From Eledone cirrhosa (taxonomy: Eukaryota), in NCBI GenBank assembly GCA_964016885.1, contig OZ024743.1, forward strand, positions 13,454,001 through 13,518,000: DNA of 64,000 nt. The letters run 5' to 3'. Made by a program: the position numbers and the translations under genes. Shown here piece by piece: positions 25,310 to 41,439 of the stretch (positions are counted from its first letter, which is position 1; each line of letters starts with the position of its first letter). The notes under the pieces were generated by a model that did no database searches, was not told the origin of the DNA, and was given only the letters and a program-made list of their open reading frames with translations.

Positions 25310-26282
25310 TTCTCTTTATGAAGGAAGAAATCCCTAACGTGGGCGGTGGTTTGTACCATGATGACGGTCTATTGAGCATGACAAAGTGCGGTCCCCGCGC
25401 TTGATACAGGTTTAAAAAATAACTCACAGCTTTCTTTAAAGGCTTCAACCACTCCATACAAGTTGAGGCCAACCTTTCGGTCGTAAACTACATCGACGTA
25501 ACCCTCAATTTGTCGAATGGCTTGCACTACCCGTATGGAAAGCGAATGATACGCCTAATTACATCAGTAAGCATGTAACCATCCTTCCAGCATAACCAAG
25601 AACCTGGTAATAAACGTTTCTCTGAGGCTTTCCCGTCTCTCTACAAACGAGCATATTTTCACTGACCATACCACATATTACAATGAAGCTCTTGCTCGGA
25701 GTATATTTGTTGATAAGTTAGCATATACTAAGTATGAGCATAAACCTAGGAAAAAATAGGTCCCGACGCATTATGTGGTATAACCCACCATATAATATGC
25801 AGGTGGCCACACCATTAGGTAAGATCTTGCTCTCCCATATTAAGAAGCATCTCCCCTGAGCACATAAATATAATAATATTTTTAATAGAAATACCATTAA
25901 AATATCTTACTCCACGATTCCTAACTTTGTGCATAACATCACTGCTTCAAATTTAGCTAAATTATCTAGCCGTAGAAACACGTGCACCCCTGTAGTTAGT
26001 ACTAACTGTAATTGTAGGAATAGGGTTGAAAGCCCTGTATCCGCAAAATTCCTCTCCAGTAACATTGTCTACAAATTTAAGGTCAAAACACTCAAGTTTA
26101 GTAGGGCCTACATAGGGTCAACTGCCAATAGATTCAAGCAGCGTCTCTACATGCACACACATTCTTTTCTTAACCCCTTAAGAAGGAATATGGCGTCACT
26201 TTCAGCTTATATCTGGAGTCTAAAAGACAACCACACCCTATATAGGTTACACTGGGAGATCCTAGCTAAGGCTAGATCGTAT
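25310..26282 (+). mobile_element. Penelope-like fragment (RT C-terminus + GIY-YIG), decayed
   Basis: GGGLYHDDGLL, VNYIDVTLNL, WYNPPY and CNCRNR..NIVYKF..AYIGSTANRFKQR..SLSAYIWSLK (ORF 25929-26387). Confidence 0.82.
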
Positions 26283-26392
26283 GTGTGCGCGTGTTTATGT
26301 GTACTTGCGTTTATATTCATGCATGGCGTGTGTTTTCGCGTATGTGCGTGTATGTACGTATATCGATGTGTGTATGTATATATTTAATTATT

Positions 26393-26732
26393 ATTGGCAG
26401 TATCGGTAGGGGGTCGGGCGCCATGCTTTGAAGCATATAGTTACCTCCCTTTATGATCTGAGTTCAAATCCCGCCGAGGTTAACTTTGCCTTTCATCCTT
26501 ACGGGGTCGATAAAATAAAGTACCAGTAATGCACTGGGATAATTGTTGGCCTGGTCCCAAAAGTAGAAAAAATTACTTTATTAACCTATGTCATTTTCGT
26601 TATGCTAATTTATTTACATTATTCTTGTGTTCGAATCCCGTCGAGGTTAACTTTGCCTTTCATTCTTACGGGGTCGATAAAATAAAGTACCAGTAACGCA
26701 CTGGCCTTGTGCCAAAAGTAGAAACAATTATT
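26393..26732 (+). mobile_element. tRNA/Nin-like SINE (26393-26575) plus a 5'-truncated second copy (26628-26732)
   Basis: Same family sequence as 13362-13560. Confidence 0.85.
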
Positions 26733-27046
26733 CTTAACTCCGAAGCCAAGAATCATTCGGTTTCCTGAATTAGTATATTAGTCTATGATTCCATTTATAC
26801 CATAAACGTGGTTTTGCCTTTGCGTGTAGTTGTTCTCACCACTCGACATAACGACGTATTATCTTCGCTTTTTTCCCGTTCATTGCCAAAGTATCGTATT
26901 CCTGTTTTCCTTCGGTTGCAACGTTTTTAGAAATATTTACTTCTGCGTTGACAGATACATTTGTTTTAGTTTCAGAAGATCCCGTTATGGGTGAAAGAGG
27001 CGATTCTTTGCATAAATTTAATCTGTTATTCTAATAAATAAATAAG

Positions 27047-28952
<1,906 letters not shown>

Positions 28953-28976
28953 TATATATATATATATATATATATA

Positions 28977-29147
28977 AATAATTGTTTCTACATTTGGCAC
29001 AAGGCCAGCAATTAGCCAGTACATTACTGGTACTTTATTTTATCGACCCCGTAAGGATGAAAGGCAAAGTTAACCTCGACGGTATTTGAACTCAGGACGT
29101 AACTATGCTAGAAAACATGGCGTCCAACCCTCTACCGATACTGCCAA
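28977..29147 (-). mobile_element. tRNA/Nin-like SINE
   Basis: Reverse complement of the family sequence. Confidence 0.85.
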
Positions 29148-29407
29148 TAAATAATAATTGTAATCTGTGTTTTTCGAATATTAATAATAACATTCAATTC
29201 GATTGCAATTATGCAAATGAGCCTCAATTTTATAGCCATGTCAGTTGTTCGCATGCCAACACAAGAGCAAGGATGAAATGTTCTTTCTACTGACATGGCT
29301 ATAAAATTGAGGGTTGTTTGAATAATTGCAAACGAATCGAATGTTATAATTAATATTCGAAAAACTAAGATTGCATTTATTGTATTCAACCACGTAGAGC
29401 GAAATTT

Positions 29408-29450
<43 letters not shown>

Positions 29451-29615
29451 AATAAACGGGCTGTGTAGTTGGTGGATAAGATGTACTTATAAAAAGAAGA
29501 AGGCAAGGACGGGAGAAAATTTACTTCATCAGTTGTCTGCTGGGGTCTTGGACATTTAAACGCATTAAAGACAATATGTCAATATGTTTCACCCCAGGGC
29601 GTCAATAACTCAAGG

Positions 29616-29718
<103 letters not shown>

Positions 29719-29763
29719 ATATATATATACATATTTATTTATATACATATATGTATATACATA

Positions 29764-29825
<62 letters not shown>

Positions 29826-29901
29826 TATGTATATACATATATGTATATAAATAAATATGTATATATATATATATATTTATATACATATATGTATATACAT
29901 A

Positions 29902-29963
<62 letters not shown>

Positions 29964-30016
29964 TATGTATATACATATATGTATATAAATAAATATGTAT
30001 ATATATATATATATAA

Positions 30017-30085
<69 letters not shown>

Positions 30086-30089
<4 letters not shown>

Positions 30090-30482
30090 CAAGGTCTAGC
30101 AAAGAGAGAAAATGTTTTAAAATAAATTTTAAAAAATTCGCAGTACTTACTATATGTGCCTTTACCGCGGTTTTATGCTCCATAATAAACGGAAGATCCA
30201 AGCGCATTTTCATTGAGAAGGGAGCAATCTTCAGATTTCTTTCATCATTCGCTCTCATTTCGGAATGGTTTTGTATTGCGTCAGTTTGTGATTTAAACTC
30301 GGTAATTTTATATTCTCCGAGGGAGAAGAGCCCTCTGAAGATTGCTCCCTTCTCAATAGAAATCCGCTTGGATTTTCCGTTTATTCTGGAGCATGAAACC
30401 GCGGTAAAAGTACATATAGTAAGTACTGCGAATTTTTAAAAATTTATTTTTAGACATTTTCTCTATTTGCTAGACCTTGATT
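30086..30482. repeat. Fold-back element with about 150-bp inverted arms, each carrying a hammerhead-like core
   Basis: 30086-30234 mirrors 30334-30482. Right arm reads CTGAAGA-ttg..caa-ta-GAAA-tcc gctt gga-TT. Confidence 0.7.
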
Positions 30483-30649
30483 TTATATGTTCTGGCTTGT
30501 TAATTTATTAACCCGCCATAGAACCACATTGGCATACGGTTGGATAATACTTGTTTCCCTATATGTATTTTTTACATGTAGGAATTGATACTTTATTATA
30601 TATATATATATATGTATATTAAAAATAAAAAATATATATATATATATAT

Positions 30650-31058
30650 ATTGGTAAAAGGAAAAGAAAATGCTGACAAATTGTTCCCAGTGAAAAATAG
30701 TTTAATTAGGAATAAGTAAAAATTTGTAATAAGTATTGGTTAGTATTCAGTTTTAGTTTTAAGCTTTTACCGGTTGCGCATTTCTAATGCTTTTCAAAAA
30801 TAATTTTGAGATAGAGCGCCCGTGATGTTTGCTCTAATCTGATTAGTTTTGAAAATTCTACCTGTTTTATGTGAAAAAAGTGGCTCCAGATGTATTAAAA
30901 TAAGTTTCGCGCCAAATCGTGTTGCAAAAATTCTTGTGGTCAAAACAATTTTGATTGGTCGGTAGACGTCATGTGAATGTTAAAAATTGATTTTGCGCCA
31001 AATGTAGGTTTCTCTCGGCTGATTGAGAAGTTACTGAAAAATAAGTCTTTCAAGACAG

Positions 31059-31098
<40 letters not shown>

Positions 31099-31675
31099 TA
31101 GTAAAGAGGTTCATTGTTGTGATAATGGTCAGTAGGGATGTGTTTGTGAATTGCAGTCATGTTGACAGGTCAACAGTTAAGGTGCCTATTAAAACAAGTG
31201 TGTGTGTGCGTGTGTCTGTGTGTGTGTGTGTGTGTGTGTGTAGCAGAGTAATCGTGGTAGAGGGATCGGTCAGTAAGAATGTGTCTGTACGTGAGTGGGG
31301 GATATTTTAACATGTTAAAATATATTTTTCAGCTCTTGTCTTATACGGAGAAGTGTGTGTGTGTGTTTGTGTGTATATGTCTCTTTGTATGTTAGTGTAC
31401 GCGTGTGTATGTGTGTGTGTATATATGTGTGTGTGTGTATATGTGTGTATGTGTGTGTGTGGGTGGACCAGTAATTGTATGATACTTGTAAAATGGTGTA
31501 CATTATTCGATATTTTCAGTAAAAACGATTCTCTCAATAGAACATCAAAAACCTTAATAATAAAAGGTGTGAAATGATATATAGTATTGTCATAACACCA
31601 AGGTGTGTGTGAGTGTCCAGATTGTACGTACTGCAAGGGGAATCCATTAGGCCCTGCCGTATTGGAATACTTGTG

Positions 31676-31678
<3 letters not shown>
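30650..31678 (+). mobile_element. Non-autonomous repeat of about 1 kb, Helitron-like, with internal (TG)n
   Basis: A second copy lies inverted at 41440-42376. No terminal inverted repeats. The 3' end has a small GC hairpin (tgccgtatggca in the second copy) followed by CTTGT. Flanked by microsatellites. Class assignment is inferred. Confidence 0.55.
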
Positions 31679-31748
<70 letters not shown>

Positions 31749-33272
31749 TTGAGTGCTCATATACTATACACACACATATCTGCACGGAATCTCGTGTGTA
31801 TATGCAGATTCTTTTTTATGGACACATGCACATATAAATATAAAAATACGTGTATAAGCATTTCATAAATAAATTTTACTGAAATTGACACCTATAATAT
31901 CTACAGTATGTTTGCCTTAAGTATAGCGTACTAAGGGGATGGTTATGGTTGTGATGCATCTTCGCTCATTGATCTGCTCAATTGGGTATGATTTAGATGT
32001 AGATTGCATTCGTTTTGGAGAAAATAGTTTTAATGTAAATGCAGTTCAAATACAAATTAAAGAAAACTATTTGCAGTGGCAATAAAATCCTCCGCAAAAT
32101 GCATTCGTGATTGCAGCACAGCTCGCTCCTTTCATTGATGCTATTATTCAATGAGGCTACGTTTCATATTTCTAGTTGTTGATCTATACTGTAGAGACAC
32201 ATTTAATGCATGTTCTTAAGTAATAGGTTTGTGATAATATTAAGAAATCCTTTTATTCTGTCCTTGTTTCCACTATATGGGTAATCTTATCCATAAATAA
32301 TTGTAGCTGTCTTTATACCAGATACCTTCAGATACTCTTACCTTGTCTATAAACTTATTGTTTCTCTTCAGATATGTCAGAAAAAATGGAAATGTATATT
32401 CTGTTTAAAATATAGGTGTAGAAAATTAAGGAAAAGGAATACAAATTTAAAAAAAAATAATTTTATGAGAAGATTCTAAAATTTTAAGTGCTAAAAATAT
32501 GTCCCTATGAGAGACCCAGTCAAGTCAGTTTATTCTCTTTTGGTTTTCTCTATATAACACAACCTATTACCAGTCTACCGAAGAATGTATATTTTAGATG
32601 ATATATTTAGATCACATATTGATAAAGATATGATGATTACCAGCTAAATATTGCATTTCTTCTACATTATTGAATATTGGATATTATGGATGAATATGGA
32701 CAAACATTCTAATAGATGGCTATCGCAATAATCCTTTGATATAGAAAAATCATTCAAATGTACATATTCATTTCTGAAGGATTATTTCAATATCCTTCTC
32801 ATGGTTCGTTTCTACCACAGAATATTTATGTTTTGCCAGTGAAAATGCTACTAGCGCATTCATAAAATAGCACATTTTTTTTAGCTAATACCTGACTTCT
32901 GTATTTCGGGTGATCAGTTGTTTCTCTCGCTAATTGTCACGTTATTGCCCTCGCTTCTATCGATCTCGTTTTATTTTAACTTTTTAAGGGAAATTAATTT
33001 CTTGTTCGTTTAATTCAACAATTTGGCATAAAGTCTGGTCGACTCCATCTGATTATATCTTCTCATTTTCTATACTTTTCCATTTCAAGGATCAATATCT
33101 TTCAGAGGTGATCATATAGAAATGAAAATCTGACCAACAGCGGGAAACTACTAAAGGAGACGGAGCAATTGGTGACTCTTATAGCTCCCCAAAAAACTCT
33201 CACAACCCAGGGATATAGATATGACGAAGCAAGTAAATGTAATATTATTATTCTCATTGTTATTATTATTCC

Positions 33273-33463
33273 GGGGGGTTGGCAGTATCGGTAGAAGGTC
33301 TGACGCCATGCTTTGCAGCATGGAGTTAGGCCCCTTATAGTATGAGTTCAAATCCCGCCGAAGTTCACTTTGCCTTTCATCCTTACGGGGTCGATAAATA
33401 AAGTACCAGTAATGTACTGAGATAATTTCTGGCCTTGTGCTAAAAGTAGAAACAATTATTATT
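33273..33463 (+). mobile_element. tRNA/Nin-like SINE
   Basis: Family sequence with A and B boxes and ATT tail. Confidence 0.85.
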
Positions 33464-34109
33464 AAATTATGTTTATTGTTATTATGGATACAACTAATAG
33501 TTATTATCGTCCTTCATAGTATTATGTTTAATATTGCTACTGTTACTATTGATATTATGGCTCAAGTACTTTATTAGGTGGTGTACAAGTTGTCGCTACT
33601 GATCTAGTTTTTGATGCTGCTGGCGCCGAGGTTGTTGTTGATGTTACCGTTATTACAGCTGTTGCTGTTGGCGGTGTTGTTGCCGCTTTATGAGCAGTTG
33701 TAATCTGAAACCAATGCCAAACAGTATCAAACCCCACATCACCCCACCGAGGGTTTCATTTTCATGTCCAATTTTAAACATTATTTTGTCAGTCTGGCAA
33801 TGGCTGATTGTTGGAGGCTGGCTGATTAACAACATTTGCGGTCCTCATATATCCATACCCATTCACACACGCACAATTGAACACACGCATATACACAGGC
33901 ATACACACAGGCATAAACACACAGGCATAAACACACACACACACACATACACACACACACATACACACAAAAACACACTCACACACTCACACACACATAC
34001 ACACACACGCACACACACACACATCCACACATGGCACATATATATATATATACACACAAATAGGCATGTCTACGCACTCGAAATTTTATTCAAGATGTTT
34101 GAATAAAAT

Positions 34110-34313
34110 CCAGGCGCTCGGCTGGTCTCGCTTGGGGATCCAATTGGTAATGGTGTCTTCTGATAGGAACCGCTGGAAGGTATGCTTGATGACGCTGACA
34201 AAACAATCCTCCGAGGAATAAGTGTGCGACGACAAAGAAGAAGAAGAAGAAGAAGAAGAAGAAGAAGAAGAAGAAGAAGAAGAAGAAGAAGAAGAAGAAG
34301 AAGAAGAAGAAGA
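34110..34313 (+). mobile_element. RTE-like LINE extreme 3' end with (GAA)n tail
   Basis: gctcggctggtctcgcttg...aggaataag is shared with 55840-55966, followed by (GAA)n at 34236-34313. Confidence 0.65.
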
Positions 34314-35379
34314 AATTTTCTTCGACATAATACATGATCCATGGAAATCGTGTACTCCTTTTAATTGAACCATCTACGTCATATTCAAACGATAAAAATA
34401 CAAAATATAAACAAAAGAAACCTTATTTTCCTATTGTGCTAAATTTATGACTTACTGTCAAGCTAACAACTAGTGCGGCATTTAAAGTTTTTTGCGAATA
34501 ACCTGGAATAAATTAATCAAATATCTTGTCTTGACACAGCAGAGTGTAATATAGATTTAGATTGTAGGATGTTAGAGTCAATTAGATATAAACCCCAGTG
34601 TCTTACAAGGGCAGAATAACATGTTAACCCTGGCCAACAAAAGTTCCCACCTAGTACTAAGTTGCAAGAGGATACAGTTCAGGCAGGCTTTATAAATGGT
34701 AACGTATTTTGTGCAAATCGCAAGTGAGGAAACATAACTAGATTTTTGTCAAATAATTGTGTGGAAAAAAGCAAGCAAACCCGATATGTCTCTTTTTTAA
34801 AACTCCATACACTCTGATACCACAGTTATTTTTCCAGTTACTTATATACACCTTTCATAAAACCATATCTCATAACTTCACATTTCATAATACTTCATCG
34901 CCGGATTCTCTATATATTATTTTATTTTATTTTAATTCCAATTTTAATCTTAATTTTAAAATTAGTTTTCATTAAAAGTGTTTCATTATATTATTTCATA
35001 TCATACACTACTAATCCTCCGATTCCCATTTTACTTAACCAATTCCACCAACGTTTCTTCTTTGTCATTATTAATACCCCCCAACGTACCCACCATCAAC
35101 ATCATCACCTACTAGATTCTTATCATAGTTGTATTTTACATCTATCAGCCCTGGCCCAATTCATCTTAAGTATCTATTTCAACTGACCAACATTTAGAAC
35201 CTATTCATCACCCATACAAATCAATTATCACCTTTTTTAATCATCCGATAATTGCCCTTACTATCACATCCATTCTATTCTCATCTGGCGTGTGCTTAAC
35301 CCGGTTTCCCTGCAGTTAATCAACTGAGAGTTCAAGACCCCCCCACTGGATTGGACAAGGTTAAATCTCCACCTGTTGT

Positions 35380-35527
35380 TGGTGCTCGTTTTCAGTTGAG
35401 TGCACTGGATATACGTGAAATGAAGTGTTTTACACAATGATACAACACAGAACCCTGTCCAGGATTATGACACATGGCATTATGATATTAAGTCCAACAG
35501 CCTTATCACTATTCCATGCTGCTCCAC
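35380..35527 (-). mobile_element. Second, decayed tRNA-derived SINE family
   Basis: cactgga..cgtgaaatgaagtg..acaac..ccagga..cc..ccac layout typical of a reverse-strand tRNA-head SINE. A related + strand copy lies at about 49425-49570. Confidence 0.5.
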
Positions 35528-37454
35528 ATCCTATTAAACTCTTTCTTTAATTAAGTACTCTTCTTTCTGGATTTTTGCACCCCATCACTTATTCTTCCCC
35601 ATCTGTGCTGTCTCTGTTGTTGAATATTTAGTTCCTGTCTGATGATGTCCCGGAGAGCAATCAGATTAAAAAAACACACGTTTTAACCATAATAAATAAA
35701 TACATATAGCATTATTAGGGATAAAAAAAGATAAGGAAAATATATATTGTTAAAAGTACCTAACTTCTATTTTTTGCACGGTGTCAGATGTGTTGCTTTG
35801 TACACAACATAAAATAAATCATTATTTATTATTTTCTTCTTTGTGTATATCGATAGTTCCTACAGTGTAGATTATTTTTCAAGCGGACGTGATGTTCAAT
35901 GCACGTTGGAATCGATAATCTATAAATTATTACAATTATGATTTAAATGTAAAATTTTGAAATATATTTTGTTTGAGTTTGATTATGATTTATTAAATTT
36001 CAATGCTTAATTTCACAGAAGTATATTATATACATACATTTATTATCAGAATAACAGTATGTGTCAGTGAAATTTACAAACGGGAACCAATCTGGCTCTG
36101 CGGGTAACGACGTCACTTCGCAGCCGCCTGATTCTGTTTCCAGTTCAGCTGCATGAAACATATAATATGTGTCTTCTAGTATAGCCCCTATTTGATCAAT
36201 GTCTTGCGAATTCGTCTCTTACTCCATGGGACAGCTGTTTGACTTGTATCAAATGCTGTGATTCCGGGTGGACCGGCAGTACCGTTGTTAGGGGTCGAAA
36301 GTGATAAATTCCATCTCAACGGCCGATGAGCCTGGAGTTCCGTCTTTTGCTTTTATTTTTGTTTTCAAAAATTAATTTTTTAAGCTTTCCACTCAAAACA
36401 ACTTTTTTCGTTTTGCGTTGTTTTCGTTCCTTGACTTGACCTCTCTTTGTTTATTTTCCTAAGTATATATATATATATGCATATGTGCATGTGTGTTCAT
36501 ACATATATTAACGTTTATTTCGGTGTCACTGTTTATATCATGTAAGGTAATGTTTCGTCAAAAAGGAGATCGAGAGAGTGTGTGCCAGATTTTACAAAAA
36601 TAAATATTGTTGTCGATATAGTCAAGACGTCAGCGCAGTGTCCCATGTCTGTAGTCTAATGACTGAAATCAATAAAAAATACCAGAGTAATACAATAAAC
36701 ATTCGAACTATCAACTCTAGAGTATTTGTGTCTCATAAAATATGATTTCTGCCTTTACTTATCTCCCCCTTCCATATACTGAAGCACAATGTTTATACAA
36801 GACACGTCACATAAGTTATTGAAGTGAAAGTATCTATTAGCTTATCATCGATCAGTTATTGTTTTTGTAAACGTTAAATTCGAAACCTCACGTATCGACT
36901 GACATCGACAACAACAATAACCTACTCTACAACTTCACAAAAATAAGAAACTAATATGTTGTGGATAAAATTCAATGGCTAGATTGAATCAATTTCTTGT
37001 GATTAATGGGCCCTTGGGGAGTGTCTCAATTTTTTAGAAGTACAATCTATCACACCCGAAACCAACTTTTGTTTCATTTATACTGAATCAATATACATAC
37101 TTTATATATTTTATCATACATTTTATTTATATTATGTTATGACATGAGAGAAGAGATGAAAAACAGGTATACATATAATTGAAGACCAAAAATGTAATAA
37201 GTACAATGATACGACTAAATGGTAGAAAAGCGTGTCCGAAAATCATAATCATGTTTCAGTTTACATGCTGTTTTTATTTTACAAAAGAAAGAAACCAGCA
37301 AATAAATGTTGATGGATTGTATGTTAAAGTCAAAAATAGACCTATCAATATACGTCAGAGCATATATATTTATCGAATGGTTAAACTAAATTTTCTCTAT
37401 CCTATATAGGTTTACTTATTAATACTGGATATACATACATGTATACATAGTTAC

Positions 37455-37535
<81 letters not shown>

Positions 37536-37736
37536 GTGTGTGTGTGTATGTGTGTATGCATATATATATATTTGTATATATGGATATATTTATATATGTG
37601 TGTGTTCACATTCATAGTTTATTACAAAGAAATACAATGTATTTGTACTGTATAACAGAAGAAAAATGATCTACACGCCTTGCATGTATCAATAGTTATG
37701 TGTAAATATTTATGGATGTATACTATATATAGAAAC

Positions 37737-37782
<46 letters not shown>

Positions 37783-37897
37783 ATATAGAGAATTAGTACA
37801 TTTACCAACATATGTGTACAGATGTTCACCCATGCTGGCAAATATATATGTTATGTCTTAGTACCTTTGTGGTTCTATGCAGGGGATGCAGAACAAT

Positions 37898-38014
37898 TAT
37901 ATGAAAGACGTAAAATACGAAAATTTAAAAAATTAAAAATCAACTTACTTACTAAAATTTTAAGTAAGTTGATTTTTAATTTTTTAAATTTTCTTATTTT
38001 ACGTCTTTCATATA
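37898..38014. repeat. Near-perfect 117-bp palindrome adjacent to (TA)n
   Basis: tatatgaaagacgtaaaata...aacttactta / taagtaagtt...tattttacgtctttcatata. Confidence 0.9.
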
Positions 38015-38017
38015 TAG

Positions 38018-38105
<88 letters not shown>

Positions 38106-38302
38106 ATAATAATAAATGCGAAGACTAAAATCGAAAGACGGCTGGATAAGGATAATATATATCAAATATATAAGAACCCTAGAGCAAATATTTATTAAAA
38201 TATCAGATTAAAGTTTAAGCAAATAATCGCAGCTTTCACCCATCAAGAGTGAAAGCAGCGACTCTTTGCTTAAAGTTTAATCTGTTATCTTAATATATAT
38301 AT

Positions 38303-38350
38303 TTAGAGAGAGAGAGAGTGAGAGAGATAGAGAGGGGAGAGAGAGAAAGT

Positions 38351-38406
<56 letters not shown>
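38303..38406. repeat. (GA)n microsatellite
   Basis: Direct reading. Confidence 0.95.
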
Positions 38407-38409
<3 letters not shown>

Positions 38410-39577
38410 TTTCATTTTGATGGAATAGGTGCATTATTGGGACTCACTTTATCGAACACAGTTAAAGAAAAAGCGTATTCGACAGCGAGGTGTCCCGATC
38501 GGAGAACGTAGAGGGACACAATTTATTACTGTTAGGTTTTCTGTTCACCATTTTACTATCATTGTCATTTGATGGTGATGTATTAAGTGAGAGATATTCG
38601 ATTGTATTGGTCAAGTATTTGACAGGTATTTTATTTTATCGATTATGGAAGATGGAAACCAGCTTTGACATCGTCGTCATATTAACTCCAAAGATAAAGG
38701 GCTAAAAGGAAATGCAGATGTTTTAATGCTTCAATCATTTATTACCCTAAATATCTGAATTCATTTAACTTTATATAGAGTTTAGAGTTCCACAACATTA
38801 AAAGGATCATTTTTATGGGTTATATATGCACTGCAAATAATTAGAGTGACACACTTGTATATGTTCAATAGTTAATAACACATGCATCATTAAAAATTTT
38901 ACTTCATATAATCGCAAAAAAAGTAACTCTATAATTTGTTTCGCAGTATATATATAATATTGTAGATTTAGAATGATTTTATTTCATTATTTATTTATTA
39001 TTTATTTGTGTATTGGTTTATTGAAAGGAGACGCTCTCTACACATTTATTTAATGTTCTTCTGATATAAGCACATTTCCAAGCTTTCATTCTACTTCAAT
39101 ACTAGATATGTAATTTGTTGTGATTGTAAAAATTCCATCTTTACAAACTTTCATACTGCAATTGGATAGCGGCAGATGTTATTTTTATTCTTTACACCAA
39201 ACTACCATAACATAAAAATAACATTAGTGCGGAGATCGTTCTCAAATATTAAGTGAGTTTTAGGTACAGGGAAATAAAATTCTAAGATAAGAATCTTATA
39301 TTTTAGAAATAGTTTTATTGCTTTCAATTGCCTATCCCAAACATTGCTTTCCAATTATTTTCTATTATAATGTATGTAGGGAATACTATATCAAAGACCA
39401 GAAAGTAGCACATACATCAAGTAAACCAAACCTTATTCTGCTTAGAATGCTGTAATGGTTCAGTGAAGTGAATTACATTTTTAGAATAGAATATGTAAAG
39501 GATAGATTGATGTGTTATAAAGTAATTTTCGTTTACTATCATTTTCATATCGATTATTTAAAGAACTTTTTCAACAA

Positions 39578-40504
39578 TCATATCATATTATGATAAAGAC
39601 GGGTGGAAGTTTTAGGTGAGACGTTAATCTGAATATCTTTTTTCGTTAAATTATTATTCCCTCGCCTACGTCTTAAGAAGGAAAAGTATTTAATGTTTTT
39701 TGTTAGATTGAATACACGCAATATTACAAGATCTTTGTGTGTCAAATGAAAGAAAATGATAGCAAATTGATTCATGTCTCTGTCTTTTGTAACATTTCTC
39801 TGTACAAATCTCTCTCGTGAGTACAATATCTTGAATTTAATAATTGTCGGACATAACAAAATAAACAGTGTTGCCAAACCGGAAGCAAAACTTCTATCAT
39901 TTATGGCAATCAACCAAAATTCGTTTTGTTTCGGAAACGTCATAAAAAATATATAAAATAATAAAATGATTAAGATTATATTCAATAAGATTATATTTTC
40001 TATATAATCAATTAATTATGAGTATAAAAAACATGTTATTTATTAAAATAATATTTAGGAGAAACTCATGTGGCCAATTGGATAAGCAGTTTGCTAGATA
40101 ACCACGAGACACGTTACAGGTTTGTATCATGTTACCGTCATTAACGTGTTGGATAGGCAACATCAATGAACCGTTAAAAAAGTTCCTTGTGGTATCTAAT
40201 TTCGTGCCGTTGGTCACGGAATTAAAATATTGCATGTTGTAAAATTGGCTTTTCGTCCCCACGGGATAGCTCGAATATATACCAGTCACTTACTGAGATC
40301 GATGAAGGCGATTACAATTTTCTTACAAATGCCTCGTCTTTGTGCTAATGTTATAAGCTATCGGATTAGGGACGCTGCGGTGCGTTAATGTCCAATACTT
40401 GTTGGACAATAATCTTTGAATTAACTTAAGTTTAGCTAGTTATCGCAGCATGGCATTCTCTGTTGAAAATTGTCGCGTATTCACGATTGGCAGCAGAGAT
40501 TAAC
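39578..40504 (-). pseudogene. Possible decayed multi-pass membrane protein exon (class C GPCR-like TM3-TM7)
   Basis: ORFs 40008-40289 and 39578-39985 join with one frameshift, giving a Cys-containing loop and three hydrophobic segments ending in LFILLCP. Upstream frames give IQRLL and ASLIR. A pyrimidine-rich ttttccag acceptor lies at about 40505. Family assignment is pattern inference only. Confidence 0.3.
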
Positions 40505-41353
40505 TGGAAAAAGTGTTCATGAATGGAAAATGAAAATGTTCTTTTAAATTCTAATTGCTAAGTTAAGTCATTCAAATGCAGGGTTAAATCATTAAAATGC
40601 GTTCAATTGCTGTAACCTATCATTTCGATCTCTGTTTATCAAAAGACCACATTTGTTGGGAATATAAACGTATGTTGACACACTTATTTATCCTAGTATA
40701 TACATACAAAGATGCGATAGCCATGCGCACATTTATTAGTGATAACACTAAAGTAGCCTGATTCATAATAGAAGTATATATGAAATCATGCTTATCTATC
40801 TTCTTTTACCGCTAATTGATGCTAGCCAGTCAAAACCGAACGCTATGCAAATGTACACCCCCACATATGTTTTCTACGCAAACATATAGAGACAAAACCT
40901 TGTTCTTGTCTCAGTACCGAGTAAGAAAACGTCACTAATAATGAAAAAAAAATTCTGAAATGGTAGCGCGAGGCTTTATCACGCGGCTACTGAGATATAT
41001 GTGATATGATAAGAGCTTTATACGTCCGTAGCGGGACCTATATGTATCTATTATACATACACGTACCGCGTATGCTCCAATCTACATCTCTATTATACGC
41101 ACATTTATTCATTTATAAAGCCGAGTTTCCAGATATGAACTTCCACATGATAATCTATTTTTCTATATGGGCAAAATTCTTAACCTCACGGATATCATTG
41201 CATTTATGAAGTATTTTTAGTCACTTTCTATGTTATTTATGCTTTTGTGGGCTTCTTCCTGTTACTGTTCCCTCTACAACCAAGCTGTCCTATCACGAGA
41301 ATTCTAGTCATGACAAAGGTAAAGTATTATTTATTTGGGACGAACATATTTCA

Positions 41354-41414
<61 letters not shown>

Positions 41415-41439
41415 CACATTGATGGGTGCATACATATTT

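Noticed and set aside
35636-35670. CTGATGA as a hammerhead (also 29525 minus, 54707 plus, and 16690 minus CTGACGA)
   Set aside because: No stem II followed by GAAA at a suitable distance.
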